From Psilocybe cubensis (taxonomy: Eukaryota): a DNA stretch of 64,000 nucleotides. Under the pieces are notes generated by a model. It saw nothing but the letters and a program-made list of their open reading frames with translations. It searched no databases and was not told the origin of the DNA. Shown here piece after piece: positions 13,001 through 23,388 of this stretch (its first letter is position 1; every line of letters starts with the position of its first letter). The position numbers and the translations under genes are program-made. The stretch covers positions 1,860,001 through 1,924,000 of the forward strand of contig CM039009.1 of assembly GCA_017499595.2 (NCBI GenBank), read 5' to 3'.

Positions 13001-14282
13001 GGTTCGCACAGATACTCAAGGACTCCGGAGAGGAACAGTGTTTACCTAGCTTCGAGGCAGTCCACCCCTACTGCAGGACAATCTTTTTCAAACTCGCATA
13101 CATCATTAAGGTCAGACTCTCATATGGTTAGGGACACGAGTCAATCTCTAGCGTCCCCGTTTTTGCAAGAGGACGCCATAACTACAAATTCCGACATCAA
13201 AGCCATGCTTTCTGAACTTGTAATCCAAATTCGTGGAGACACGAGATCAAAGTCAACAAGACCTCGTAATAGTCCCTTTAGAGCCGAGTCTCCAACCCCC
13301 CGTCCGCGGACAGTCCATCGAAATGATTTAACGGTGTGCTAATTCCAAAATTTTTTTTGAGCATCAAACTAAACGTTATACAGAGAGAAGTCCGTTGCTA
13401 CATGAATAAACTTTTGGAAATTAAGCAGGATTCCAGCATCACAACTGCCTATGAAAATGGCCACTTTATTACCGAGGAAGAATACGAAGCTTTTGAAGAA
13501 GGCACAATGGATTTTGAGGATATTTCCATCGACTTCCTTAGACCATATTGGAAAAAGCCGAAATGCTCTTACAATGCACTGTTGGCTGAAGACTTCACTG
13601 AAAAATTTGTCGCTGAAAATCCTGAGTTTGAAGATCACAGGGAGGAAGTTTCGACTCACTTTATTCAACGAATTGGTTCTTTGAAAGCCCATCTCTCTCT
13701 AGCATTGTCGAAAGCAGGGGAATCCGAAGCACAGCGTCAAGAACGCACAGCAAGAAAAAATAAAGCCGTCCGTCAAAATACTCGGCGATATAATGTAAAT
13801 CAATCCTTGTTATGAACCTCTTTTCGAAGCAAACTTACACAATGTAGGGTTACAACCGCCGTGTAGCCGATGTAAAAGCACGTGCCGAAATAGATCCAGC
13901 ATACGCACCAGTACTTGAAACCATCGAATGCCTCGGAGAGTATGGCTACAGCTCTGACGAGACGGATACCAGCGTCCCCAGAGGACAAGGCTACCTTGTA
14001 AGACGAAAATTGTGGCGAAACAAAAAGTTACGACGCGTTATAAAGATGGCAAATGATTGCCGTAGAACAACAAATATCAATGGCAATAGCTTGCCAGGGG
14101 CACAACAAAGACCTCGCCGTTATCATGATAGCTATGGACCAATCAGTGCAGCACCGGCACCTGTTGGAAAGCCCATCAATTATTACGACTCTGATTTCTT
14201 GGACGAGCTCTCAGCAACAGAATTTAGAGTGCTGAGACCCACTAGCCCTCGCCCATTTATCGGAGAGGAAGATGAAGATTAA
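10081..14282 (+). CDS. Large multi-exon coiled-coil protein with a C-terminal domain of the kind seen in second ORFs of basidiomycete DNA transposons; 5' end uncertain, possibly from ~9380
   Basis: A run of micro-exons at 10330-11093, a ~390-aa E/K/Q/L-rich heptad exon at 11148-12317, an S/P-rich middle, and a C-terminus with …LGEYGYSSDETD…RRKLWRN…GKPINYYDSDFL, stop at 14282. The C-terminal assignment is from memory, not a search. Confidence 0.65.
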
Positions 14283-15679
14283 CTCCTTTAGGGTGTGGAG
14301 GATCAAGAATCCACTTCCTATAATTAATATAGTATTATCGACTTCCAAATTTCATGAATTTCTATTACACTCACGAGCATGATGCATTACACAATCCTGA
14401 GTCCTGTGTGTAATATGTTTTCGGATTTATCTCTGACATCTGTATATTTCGACGTTTGCACGATTACAGCGTGAAAACTTGGTGTCGGCCATGAATCCAC
14501 AACTCGTTCTCCAAACTACACCCAACGCCACCAAAGCTATATGCCATCCACGCCACCAATGTCCTCCCCGATGTAGAAACCCATGCACACCGGAGATGAT
14601 CCTGAATCTGGCTCATAAAATACGAAGGTTGCTGCACGCGCATTCTCTTGGTACATTGGCGGGATGTATGAATTTGGAACGGAATGAGAATGCAGATTTA
14701 CCCCACGGAAAAGGGTGTTGGAGAGGTTTACGAGAATGGAAGATATGGGAAGAAGATCCGCATGCAAGAGAATTCAGCGTGGATCCATGCATATGCAACC
14801 GTGAGAGCATCTGCACTACTGACGTGATGGTCGTGCAGGGCAGGAGCCTTAGGCCAGACGCATTGCAGACGCGTTCAACAGCCCTGAAATAAAAGGTTTT
14901 AAAGGAGTTTATTAGCTTGTAGTGGCTATGGATTAGCTTTGTAAATGTTGAGGCTCAATACATCTAATAATATTTCTGTAAAATACAAGCATCGTACACC
15001 CAAGTAACTGTTATATCGTACTCTATACACTAATACCTAACCCTTATAGATGCCACAACATCGGTCAAGCGACCCCCAGACGTTTTTGAGTTGACGATTC
15101 CATAACCTCCGGTTCCTCGCCTCCGCCTCAATACCGCAATGTCGCTCATTCCAACAGCTTTCTCTCGTTTCCATACTTCCTTGGCACTAGCCCAAAGTTT
15201 CTCGGCCCCGCCCAATGTCCAGAAGACAGACGGAAATGAAATTTGTAGTGAAGCATTTCGAAGAGGATACGTACGTGGAGGATGTTTGTATGCCATTTAC
15301 ATTGTTTCCTGCTTTTTTGGGGGGTTTGGGGCGCCGAATACGTTAGGGTTGATGTGTAGAGATGTGTGTATGAGCTTTGGGTGGGTTGGTGGTGTGAAAG
15401 TTGGGAGGTTGAGTCTTTGTCCTTCGTGTCATCCATTGGTCCGTGGCTTGTGTTCAAACGTTCTTGATGGAACAGTGTACGCGACAGGACAGCATTGCTG
15501 CTGCTGGTGCGGAGGCTCGTTGACAATCATCGAATCGAAGTCGCGGTCGCGCATCTGCCTTGGATGTCCGTGTTGCTTTTGCACCTGTGTGTTGTCGCTG
15601 TTGCGAATCCGACTGTGTGTCTTGCTGAGTTTGAATTGAAAGTGACATAGGTGACAGGTTTGCACCACTGGAGTGCCGC

Positions 15680-15734
15680 CGGTCTGCATCACCGGAGATG
15701 CTGCAGCTGAGTGCTACGGTCTGCCTCACCGGAG
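15680..15734 (+). repeat. Subterminal direct repeat cggtctgc(a/c)tcaccggag x2
   Basis: Copies at 15680-15697 and 15717-15734 (17/18 identical), with further ggagtg motifs nearby, just inside the putative right TIR. Confidence 0.8.
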
Positions 15735-15747
15735 TGGCACGGAGTGC

Positions 15748-15796
15748 AGCATTTCAAACTCCGACACCGTCCACTGCATCAATTGGCAATGGTAGT
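15748..15796 (-). repeat. Putative right terminal inverted repeat of the large element
   Basis: 15748-15786 reverse-complements to 17394-17432 with one mismatch. It continues outward as caatggtagt (ACTAC on the minus strand, CACTA-like but lacking the terminal C). Confidence 0.7.
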
Positions 15797-15847
15797 CTCG
15801 CAAGCCAGACCTTCTGAGGTGACCTGATTTTCTAATCTCGGCCCCAG

Positions 15848-16488
15848 ATCTTCGGGAGCGGTCAGCGGAGAATGAAATCGGAGTCAAAATTTATGAGAAA
15901 AAAGATGTACAATGAGCCACATTTCAAGCCTTGGACATCCAGCTCCTGGGCTCCTGCTGGTTACTCATCACGCTACGACCTTGTCGAACAAACAAAGGCG
16001 GCCCAGGCACGCAAGCCGCTCGCGAGTGGTGCCATTGAAGAGAAGCAAATCGAGCACGCCGGACAGCCGAATGGCGTCAATGGACAGGCGGTCCCTGGGT
16101 ATACGGCTGCCCCCGGTGTTGGAGCAGGATTCGGAGGCGACGCGGGTGCGGGAGGTCTCCAAGCTCCTCAAACGATGATGAACATGCCTAACTTGATCTC
16201 CAAGGCACTCAGGGTTACAGACGGGCTTCGAGTCGCGTTCCACCGCCACCCAGCGATAGCTATACACTGCCTCCTGAAAGTGGGTTCGGGTTCGCGACTG
16301 GGGCTGCTGTGAAACCCGGTCCTGGGGGACGTGAGATTACCGTGGACATGGACCCCAGCAGGGGTCTGCAGGGCGGAGTTGGTCTGACCAAGGAAGGCCC
16401 TCCGGGAGGTATCGGAATGTCGGAAGCTGATGGACACGGAAACAAGGGCAACAGGTTGGAAGCGGGAGACTTGGGGAGGGTGCTGTGA
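15848..16488 (+). pseudogene. Orphan 3' exon of an unidentified host gene, with a frameshift
   Basis: Branch point ctaat and cag acceptor at 15845-15847, then IFGSGQRRMKSESKF…. A frameshift near 16190 continues as DLQGTQGYRRASSRVPPPP…GNRLEAGDLGRVL*. No upstream exons are seen before the TIR. Confidence 0.5.
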
Positions 16489-17393
16489 GTTATCATGACC
16501 CTGTTTCCTCTCTGCACTTACATTATTCCACCCATGCTATATATTGGATTATTATAACAGACGACATGATGTCATGATTTCTCCTACATATCATAGTTGT
16601 ATGATAGCTCGGTGTATTATTTTATTATACGGCTTGCGGGATTCAGAGACTGGTCCCTCAAAATTGATGGTTTTGCGTTCCGTTATCTTATGTGTGGACG
16701 TCAGTTTAATTATTCATGGTTTTACCTTAACTCCTACCGCCAGTATGCAGGGGTGACGCGCGTCCATTGTCAGTCGTGTAGTCGTGTATATATCATATAA
16801 GTCTCGTGCTGGGAATTTTTTTTTTCCGAAAAAAAAATAGCAATCGGCGTAGCATTGCCGACCTTCAGGGACAGGGGCTGTTAAGGGCCAGTTATCGACG
16901 CTTCCGAGGTGGTTCATGTCTAAGCTCATGGCCGATGTACTGTGATTGGGTACCATAGGGCTACAATTCTCGATCAACGTGTACAAGCGAACATGCCTCA
17001 CCTTTGGTCTTCACCTTTGGTCTGCATTGCCTTCATACACCCCTGTGCTTCAATGCAAGTCTTTATGTGACGTCGAGGTTGGGGGGAGCTGCACATTGCG
17101 CAGACGTGGTGTTACGCACATCGTAGATTGAAAAAATATGTGAGAGTTCTGGCAGTTAGGTCGAACCCGGACTTGTTGGGTGGAGTACGGGGTTACAACT
17201 GACGATCGTGGTGCGGTGGGAGTCGAGACTTAAAAGCGAAACAGAAACAAGTCGAAAGAAAAAGGGAAAGCGATGGCATGAGCCCTCCGCAGAGCTACTT
17301 ATAACATTGACCGCCATGAACCGAATGCCAACCAGCGTTCGAGATTCGAGGAATAGACTTAACCCCGGATCTGGTTGAAGGGGCGCGTTGGTA

Positions 17394-19245
17394 CCAATTG
17401 ATGCAGTGGGCGGTGTCGGAGTTTGAAATGCTTGTTCTGCTGCTCACGTATCTTCCGACTTCGTCACTTTTAGTGACGATCCGACCCTCGCACTCACAGA
17501 ACTGCAATATTTTCTGACTTTGTTCACACTGTATTCTCTATTCTCAAAATCACTGCATAGTGTCGTGTTCGGGTTACCCGCAACCGATCAACCGGCTCAA
17601 TTATAAATTTCCTTTTACGACTTCAGTCATTGTGTCATCCATAAATATCTTTTGACTGTAAGTATCACATTCATTGTGTTTCGATTTCCTTTTAGGCTGC
17701 CAGATTGTTGTGAGATACAAGCAAAAGTGACAGTGTTGAGCTTTGTAGTAGTATCCATGGTTTCGATTTCCTTTTAGGCTGCCTGATTGTGGTGAAATAC
17801 AAGCAAAACTGAGAGTGTTCAAAGGTTTTAAGGCCTACCATTTTCTCCGGCGACACAAAAGACCTCAAACCGCGTGGACTTTCAACGGCAGAAAACTCGT
17901 CTTTTTTATCTGATTCGCCATATGCCTCCAGTATATGTGTGTCACTGCACGTTTCGGGGTTGTGGAAACGATCCGAATGGGGTCACGCTGTCATGCCGTG
18001 TTTACAAGGACCATCAGGCAAGGGAGGAGAAATACCAGCAAGGCCTGAACTATCTGAAGCTTCAAAGAGAAGCTATAGAGAGACAAGAAGACCGAATAGC
18101 TCTGGAATTAGACAACATATCCCCGAGTGACCCCATTGCTTCCTTTTCATCCTTTACCCGAGAAGCCAAATACAGAGCCGACCATAAAAAACGTCTGATA
18201 GATAATATCAGCCTAGCGCGCAGAGATGTCCAGGCCCTACTCAAAGATATCACAAGCATCGGCAAAGCTCCCATTAATTATCCACCGGCTCATGAGATTG
18301 AGCATTCCCTTCACCAGTGTTCGGAAATTCGGAAGTCTGTAGAGCAACCATCCCGAGTGCTCCATACGGCACAAACCAGCGCTCTCCGTAAAGAGCCATC
18401 CATTATAGCCATGCGAGAGGCACTGCACACAGACATCGATGAACTCGTGTCACTTACGAACGATATTGAAAGGTCGTGGATTGCGGCCTCGGTTGAACGT
18501 CAGGAATACGAACGTTTACGCCAGGGAAAGTCAGACTATAATACTGGTAAGTCTCCCTTCTACATTCATGTAGAGCAGAGTCTTACAGTTCCGCCCTTTA
18601 AGACCGGCATTTTGAACCTATATTTGTAGGGACGTCACCTATCATACAGCTCGCATCGTTGATGGTGGTCGTGTGTAATGTAATACTTGGCTTACCACGA
18701 CGTGGATGCTTCTGGCTTTTCGAAATGTGCGCGTTCATTGTACAGGGAACCGCCGAAAAAGCGTTTGGGAATGGTCGACTGACACCATATTTCATCAATT
18801 TACTCTCACTTTTTCCCCGTGATGTGAGAACCCAAACATTGATGTTTCGACTTGACAGTGAAGCCACAATATACGCAGTCTGTCCAAAATGTCATGCTAC
18901 ATATAAGCCAAGCGGAAAAACCTCTCTGCCAGTTTATAGAGAGAGATGCAACTCAAAACGATACAGCAATCGTTGTGGTGAAATACTTGTACAGCCAAAG
19001 ATCATACAAAACAGGCGTGTCCTACTGCCAATCATTCCGTATGCGGTGTATGACATTCAGGATAACCTTGGCAATGGACAGAAGATGAAGACATTAAATG
19101 GAATTATGGGACCTGTTTGGCGGAATCTCCCATTCCATATTCGATGCATGCCCCAGAACATGCTCTTGACCAGAATAATCCAAGGCCCCAAGGAATGTAA
19201 CGCTGCCCCGACCTGGAAGCAAGCACAGAGTTTACTTGTCAGATT
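17394..19245 (+). mobile_element. Second, internally deleted copy of the CACTA-like element: left TIR plus 5' part of the transposase
   Basis: TIR at 17394-17432. 19019-19063 matches 1-45 (41/45), ~19064-19196 matches ~271-396 and ~19201-19244 matches ~705-748. Confidence 0.85.
17678..17819 (+). repeat. 60-bp direct repeat, period 82
   Basis: gtttcgatttccttttaggctgcc…atacaagcaaaa…agtgtt at 17678-17737 and 17760-17819, 5 mismatches. Confidence 0.9.
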
Positions 19246-19441
19246 TCAGCGAGTCGCATACCGGCCCAGAGAATTCACGATCAAATCAAAAAGAGTAACA
19301 CGAACGAGCACTTGTGCAAGGCCGCCTAGTGGGGAAAAGATTACTGAATGTGGAAATCGTGAGGGCGTTTTGGAATTGACCTTGTCCTGTATCTCTATCG
19401 TTATATCCCCACTCCTTCTATATGTTGTGCTGTACGGTTAG
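17922..19441 (+). CDS. Truncated transposase: N-terminal Cys/His-rich and helical region retained, most of the catalytic core deleted; exons 17922-18546 and 18603-19441
   Basis: Starts MPPVYVCHCTFRGCG…HQ, then a GT-AG intron, then YAVCPKCHATY…C…RCGEIL…VLLPIIPY (the same peptide that starts the window), then fused fragments of the core. Confidence 0.75.
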
Positions 19442-19786
19442 CAAGACAGATTACAAGTTGTCAAAGTAGAATCATACCAAGATTTGTTGTGAAGTAAGAT
19501 TTCATTATGGACCTGAATAAAAAAACCTTCAAGTTTGGTGCAGTCTGGAGACACGGATGTGTAACGTGAACATTATGCAAAGACGTGGTGCGCTAAAAAT
19601 AAAAGACCCTAGGAGACGGTATGGTCTCATCCAAGCACCTTTCCATTTCACTATATTTATATTTACCTTGAACTTGCACGGTTAGCCTCGCGATAAGACT
19701 ATTACACGGTGACGATGCAAACAACTACTTACGTGGACCAACGACACGTGGCGCGCCAACTTCGCCCAGCTATGCGCATCAGCGAC

Positions 19787-20167
19787 TCAAACCCGACTAT
19801 ATGAGCTATGTTTCCGGCACCAGTAGTAATCGCATGATACCAACTCGTTGTAAATCCACCTTGTGCCCGATATGCATAATGGTGCATCTCCCGTTCTGCG
19901 CATCACACAATCCCTCCAATAAGCCTCCCTCTGCGTCAACAAGTCTACCTGGATGACTCGTCCCCACAATGTCGAGGATCCGCAAGCTAGTTGTCTCCAT
20001 TGACGACATACTTGTGAGCATGAGCGTAGAATGTTTAGAGTGAGGAACGTTGAGTTCTGTTTCCCTTCACCTAGCGTGTCTGTGTTCATCGAGAATATGT
20101 ATCCCAGCACGTCAAAATCGAGTCGATATATTGGGGAGTAGCTCGCCTCCTTGTCTCCATCTAGCAT
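19787..20167 (-). pseudogene. F-box-like gene fragment
   Basis: SPIYRLDFDVLGYIFSMN…LRSCSQVCRQWRQLACGSSTLWGRVI is an Agaricomycete F-box-like signature. The ORF ends after ~125 aa with no substrate-binding region. Confidence 0.65.
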
Positions 20168-20243
20168 GTACTTAGATTCAAACATCTGCATCCCGGGGTA
20201 AGTGTAGTGGGGAATCTCTACTGACTTGCATTGAAGCACAGGG

Positions 20244-21073
20244 GCGTCTGCTGCTCTGCGCAAGCGTGTCCGAAGACCTGCCTTGCTGAAGAGGCTGATG
20301 ACCGCAGAAGAGTTGGCCCCTCTTTTCAATGTATGTTGCGTGTTACTTGAATGTCTGTCATCTCATGTTCTGACGATGTTTTCGTAGAACGATGATTATG
20401 TTTGTACAGCTACTCTCTGATGCCCTGTCTTACATCTCAGACAAATGTTATTCTGCGAACAGATTGGATGGTCTGGCTTCACAAATGTTGGATACCCCAA
20501 GACCGTTCCAACTGTACGTGTTTCCATCATCACTACCTGAGACAATTCAAGTGAAATCGTGTCATTTTCCAGGCCAATCGCAAACCATATAGAAGCGAAC
20601 AACCTACAAGACGATCCTGCCACCAAGAAAAAGTTCAACCTTTTCGTAGGATCCAGTGTTGGCCCTAAGTGGAGGACAGATGGGCGAGATTCGATATGTA
20701 CGCTTCATCTCACATTTACTTCACGACTACACGTTTAGGATCGCGCGGCGGTACCCCCATCAGGTCGGAAAAGACATAGCAAAGGGAATCAATGCAGGAA
20801 GGATTGTGTTTGCAGATAAACACTTGTTCAGTGCGTCTTTTCTTTGTACCTCCTTTCTCCGACACCCCACTCACTTCCATTCCCAATGAACCAATAGTGT
20901 TTCCACAAGATCTCACATACGGCTACTACTCCCTCCGCCGCAATCACGGGGACCCATCCAAGCCTCTGGACTGGGCCATCGTCGAAGCGACCGCCATTAC
21001 TGAAGAGGGAGGTATCGTCCCCGGTGCGTCAGTGGGGGTGACACCCTAGATTCTGCAGAGCGCGGAGAAGATT
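20244..21073 (+). pseudogene. ACH1: 5' fragment of an acetyl-CoA hydrolase/CoA-transferase (ACH1-like) gene
   Basis: Six exons spell ASAALRKRVRRPALLKRLMTAEELAPLFN|NDDY|IGWSGFTNVGYPKTVPT|…KFNLFVGSSVGP…[47 protein letters not shown]…[23 protein letters not shown], matching the Ach1 N-terminus. No ATG, frameshifts near 20576 and 20667, in-frame TAG at 21047-21049, and the rest of the gene is absent. Confidence 0.9.
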
Positions 21074-22522
21074 GGTGTCAGAAGAGGTGTAGCTTGACCT
21101 GTCGAGTTCAATTCCAAAATTGTGTCCCCAAGTGAGTAAATATAAAATACATGAGTAATGTATGCTCAAATCAAATCTCAATTTCCTTTTCAAAAGCCAC
21201 GGAAAGCCGCCCGCGTCCTCTCACACTTGTGTACATCGGCGAAACACGAAAAACCGACGCGTAGAACGACGAAGAGGTCCACGGGATTGCGAGAGGCACA
21301 TGGCAAAACCACCTACACAGCGCACCTCCCTGGCTGCCCATCACGCGCTCGTTCAACTTGGATCGCGTGTCCAGTCGGTCTCTGCGGGAGAGGGTCAGGT
21401 TTGGGGGCGGGAGTCGTGCACGACGCGAAGAAATGGTGGTGGTGGTGATGAGCGCGTCAGGCAGACTGTCAAGGTGAGTGGTGTTCACTGTGCATAGTAC
21501 TCACCCTCGTGTCTTCACTAGGCAGTGGGTTAGCTTGCCATGGTCGCTGTGCAATGGGACGTCAGTATTGAACGACACGTCGCAATGGTTCAACTAACCC
21601 TCTCTGCCGTCGTCTCCCTCTCATCGCTGTCTATGGCGCCGGAATAGTGTCAGAGTGGAATGTGGAGTCTACCGAGGTGAGTCGTGGACACCGTACACAG
21701 CACTCACCGTCCGATGTGCATCACCCAGCGCGTCAGCTTGTCGTTAGAGCTGTGCACCCACCGTCAGCACTGAAAGACATGTCAAGTCAGTTCAGCTTAC
21801 CTTGTCACCGCCGTTGTCTTCCTCATTCGCAGTCGCATTCGTGGTGCACACACGTCTGGGGGTTGTTCGGAGAGGTGCCAGCATTCGGCGTACATCCCAC
21901 AGATAAGCACTCACTATTGTACGTGTCTGCGACTCTCCCGTCGCGTCGCGTTGCCCGTTGTCAACGTCTGTGGATCAGTAGAACGGTGTCTGCGATGGGG
22001 CAAGGAGTGAAGGTACATTGTTTGATGCAAAGCTTTTTCCCAAACAAAGCCTAATTATTCCTTCGACATCGCGAAAGGTACGTTTTTTGCCAATGACCCT
22101 CTGGACCAAACAGAGACCTCCCCTTTCGACTAACTCGACCAACCTTCGACCACTGCGCACAAATGGTCAGATTATTTTACAAGAATTATGTACAACTATT
22201 AGTATCCCTCCTAAGCCTCAGCAAGGCTCTGATTTTCAAGGGTAATTTAAATGTAAAATGGGATAACAAACCGTTCTTTGATCTTACCTGTACATCTTTC
22301 CTATTGGTACCCAAACTCTGAATTGAAAAATACACAATTGAGGATTGGGTGGCGTGTTACTTGTAACACCACTCTTCAAGCTTCAAAATCCACGCTTAGT
22401 ATATGTCGGGACTCGATATGACACATGAACGTTGAATTCCACGTTGGAATGCTAAGGGTATGGGCCAAGGTATGGGCATTAAGTAATTATGTTTTATTCT
22501 CGTACATGAATTGGCAACGATA

Positions 22523-23388
22523 CTATCCCATAGTCTGTCCGTCTGTGGTGTTGATAAATTCCATGAGCTCACGCAATACCGTGTTAGCCATTCCTATTTT
22601 CCCTCTTCTACCACAATTTGGACAGAGATATATTCGTCTGAATCCTCTCCATTTCCTTTCATATTGAGATATGCATCTATTGCAGCACCCATGTCCGCAT
22701 TCGAATGAACTAATTGGCAGTTAGTGATTCAGCCGTAAAGTCGAATAGAGAAAATTTACTGACAGTGACGAATGTTTGATGATCGATGAACATAGTGAAC
22801 ATCGTGCGTGACGAATGATCAAAGCTTTTAACTTCCATTACGGATGTCAGTAGTTAATCATTTCCTCTCTGTAAAAGCACAAACCGCGTCGAATTGGTCT
22901 GCGTACTGTTCCGCGTAACCGCTGTTGAAGGACACGTCACCCTGAAAATCACTAACATTAGCAAAATCTTTATGCTCGACGCAACAAGAAACTTCAAACG
23001 CACATTTCCGACTTCAATACCGAAAGCTTCGGTAACTCTGATGACATGTTCGATGCTTGTGACATTCTAGCTAGAGCTATCAGAAAAGGGATAGGCCTTT
23101 GTACAGGTGGCTCCTACGTTCTTGCAATCGACCAACTCCTTTTCTATCTGTTAAATGGGACATGAAACCATGGGTAAGACGATGAAGGTCACATGAATTA
23201 ACCTTTTCGAAAGCCAAGAGTTTTGATTGCAGTTCTTCTTTGTAAATTTCTCGTATGTGTTGGAGTTCTCTCAATCTCGCATCAAGTTTCTAAGTCATGA
23301 ATTACACACTATAACTAATTGACACCGTGCGTATGCTCACCGTTCTAATCATAGTATGGATAGGGAGGTTGCATACCGTTTCCGACAT
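22523..23388 (-). CDS. Second coiled-coil + C3HC4 RING-finger protein, 7 exons, ~179 aa, paralog of 6557-7533
   Basis: Exons 23388-23341, 23289-23203, 23147-23118, 23066-23004, 22941-22885, 22831-22764, 22709-22523 give …RHARCSLCSSIIKHSSLSFECGHGCCNRCISQYERKWRGFRRIYLCPNCGRRG…MG*. The start codon is less certain than the rest. Confidence 0.85.

Larger units (their letters stand above)
1..15796 (+). mobile_element. Large CACTA-like DNA transposon with cargo genes (left end outside the window)
   Basis: Transposase at the left. The sequence at 15748-15786 is the inverted complement (38/39) of the sequence ~530 bp upstream of the start codon of a second copy of the same transposase. Subterminal direct repeats at 15680-15734. 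The element's extent is inferred. Confidence 0.65.

Noticed and set aside
14479-15729. Several overlapping ORFs near the right end of the element
   Set aside because: A minus-strand spliced gene is possible, but I could not build a consistent model or recognise a domain.
17145-17180. GGTTCGA-like B-box on the minus strand, possible tRNA
   Set aside because: No cloverleaf or A-box could be formed.
19787-20329. 180-aa ORF as a single F-box gene
   Set aside because: Its first ~28 codons are the antisense of the ACH1-like first exon; the F-box-like part starts near 20167.
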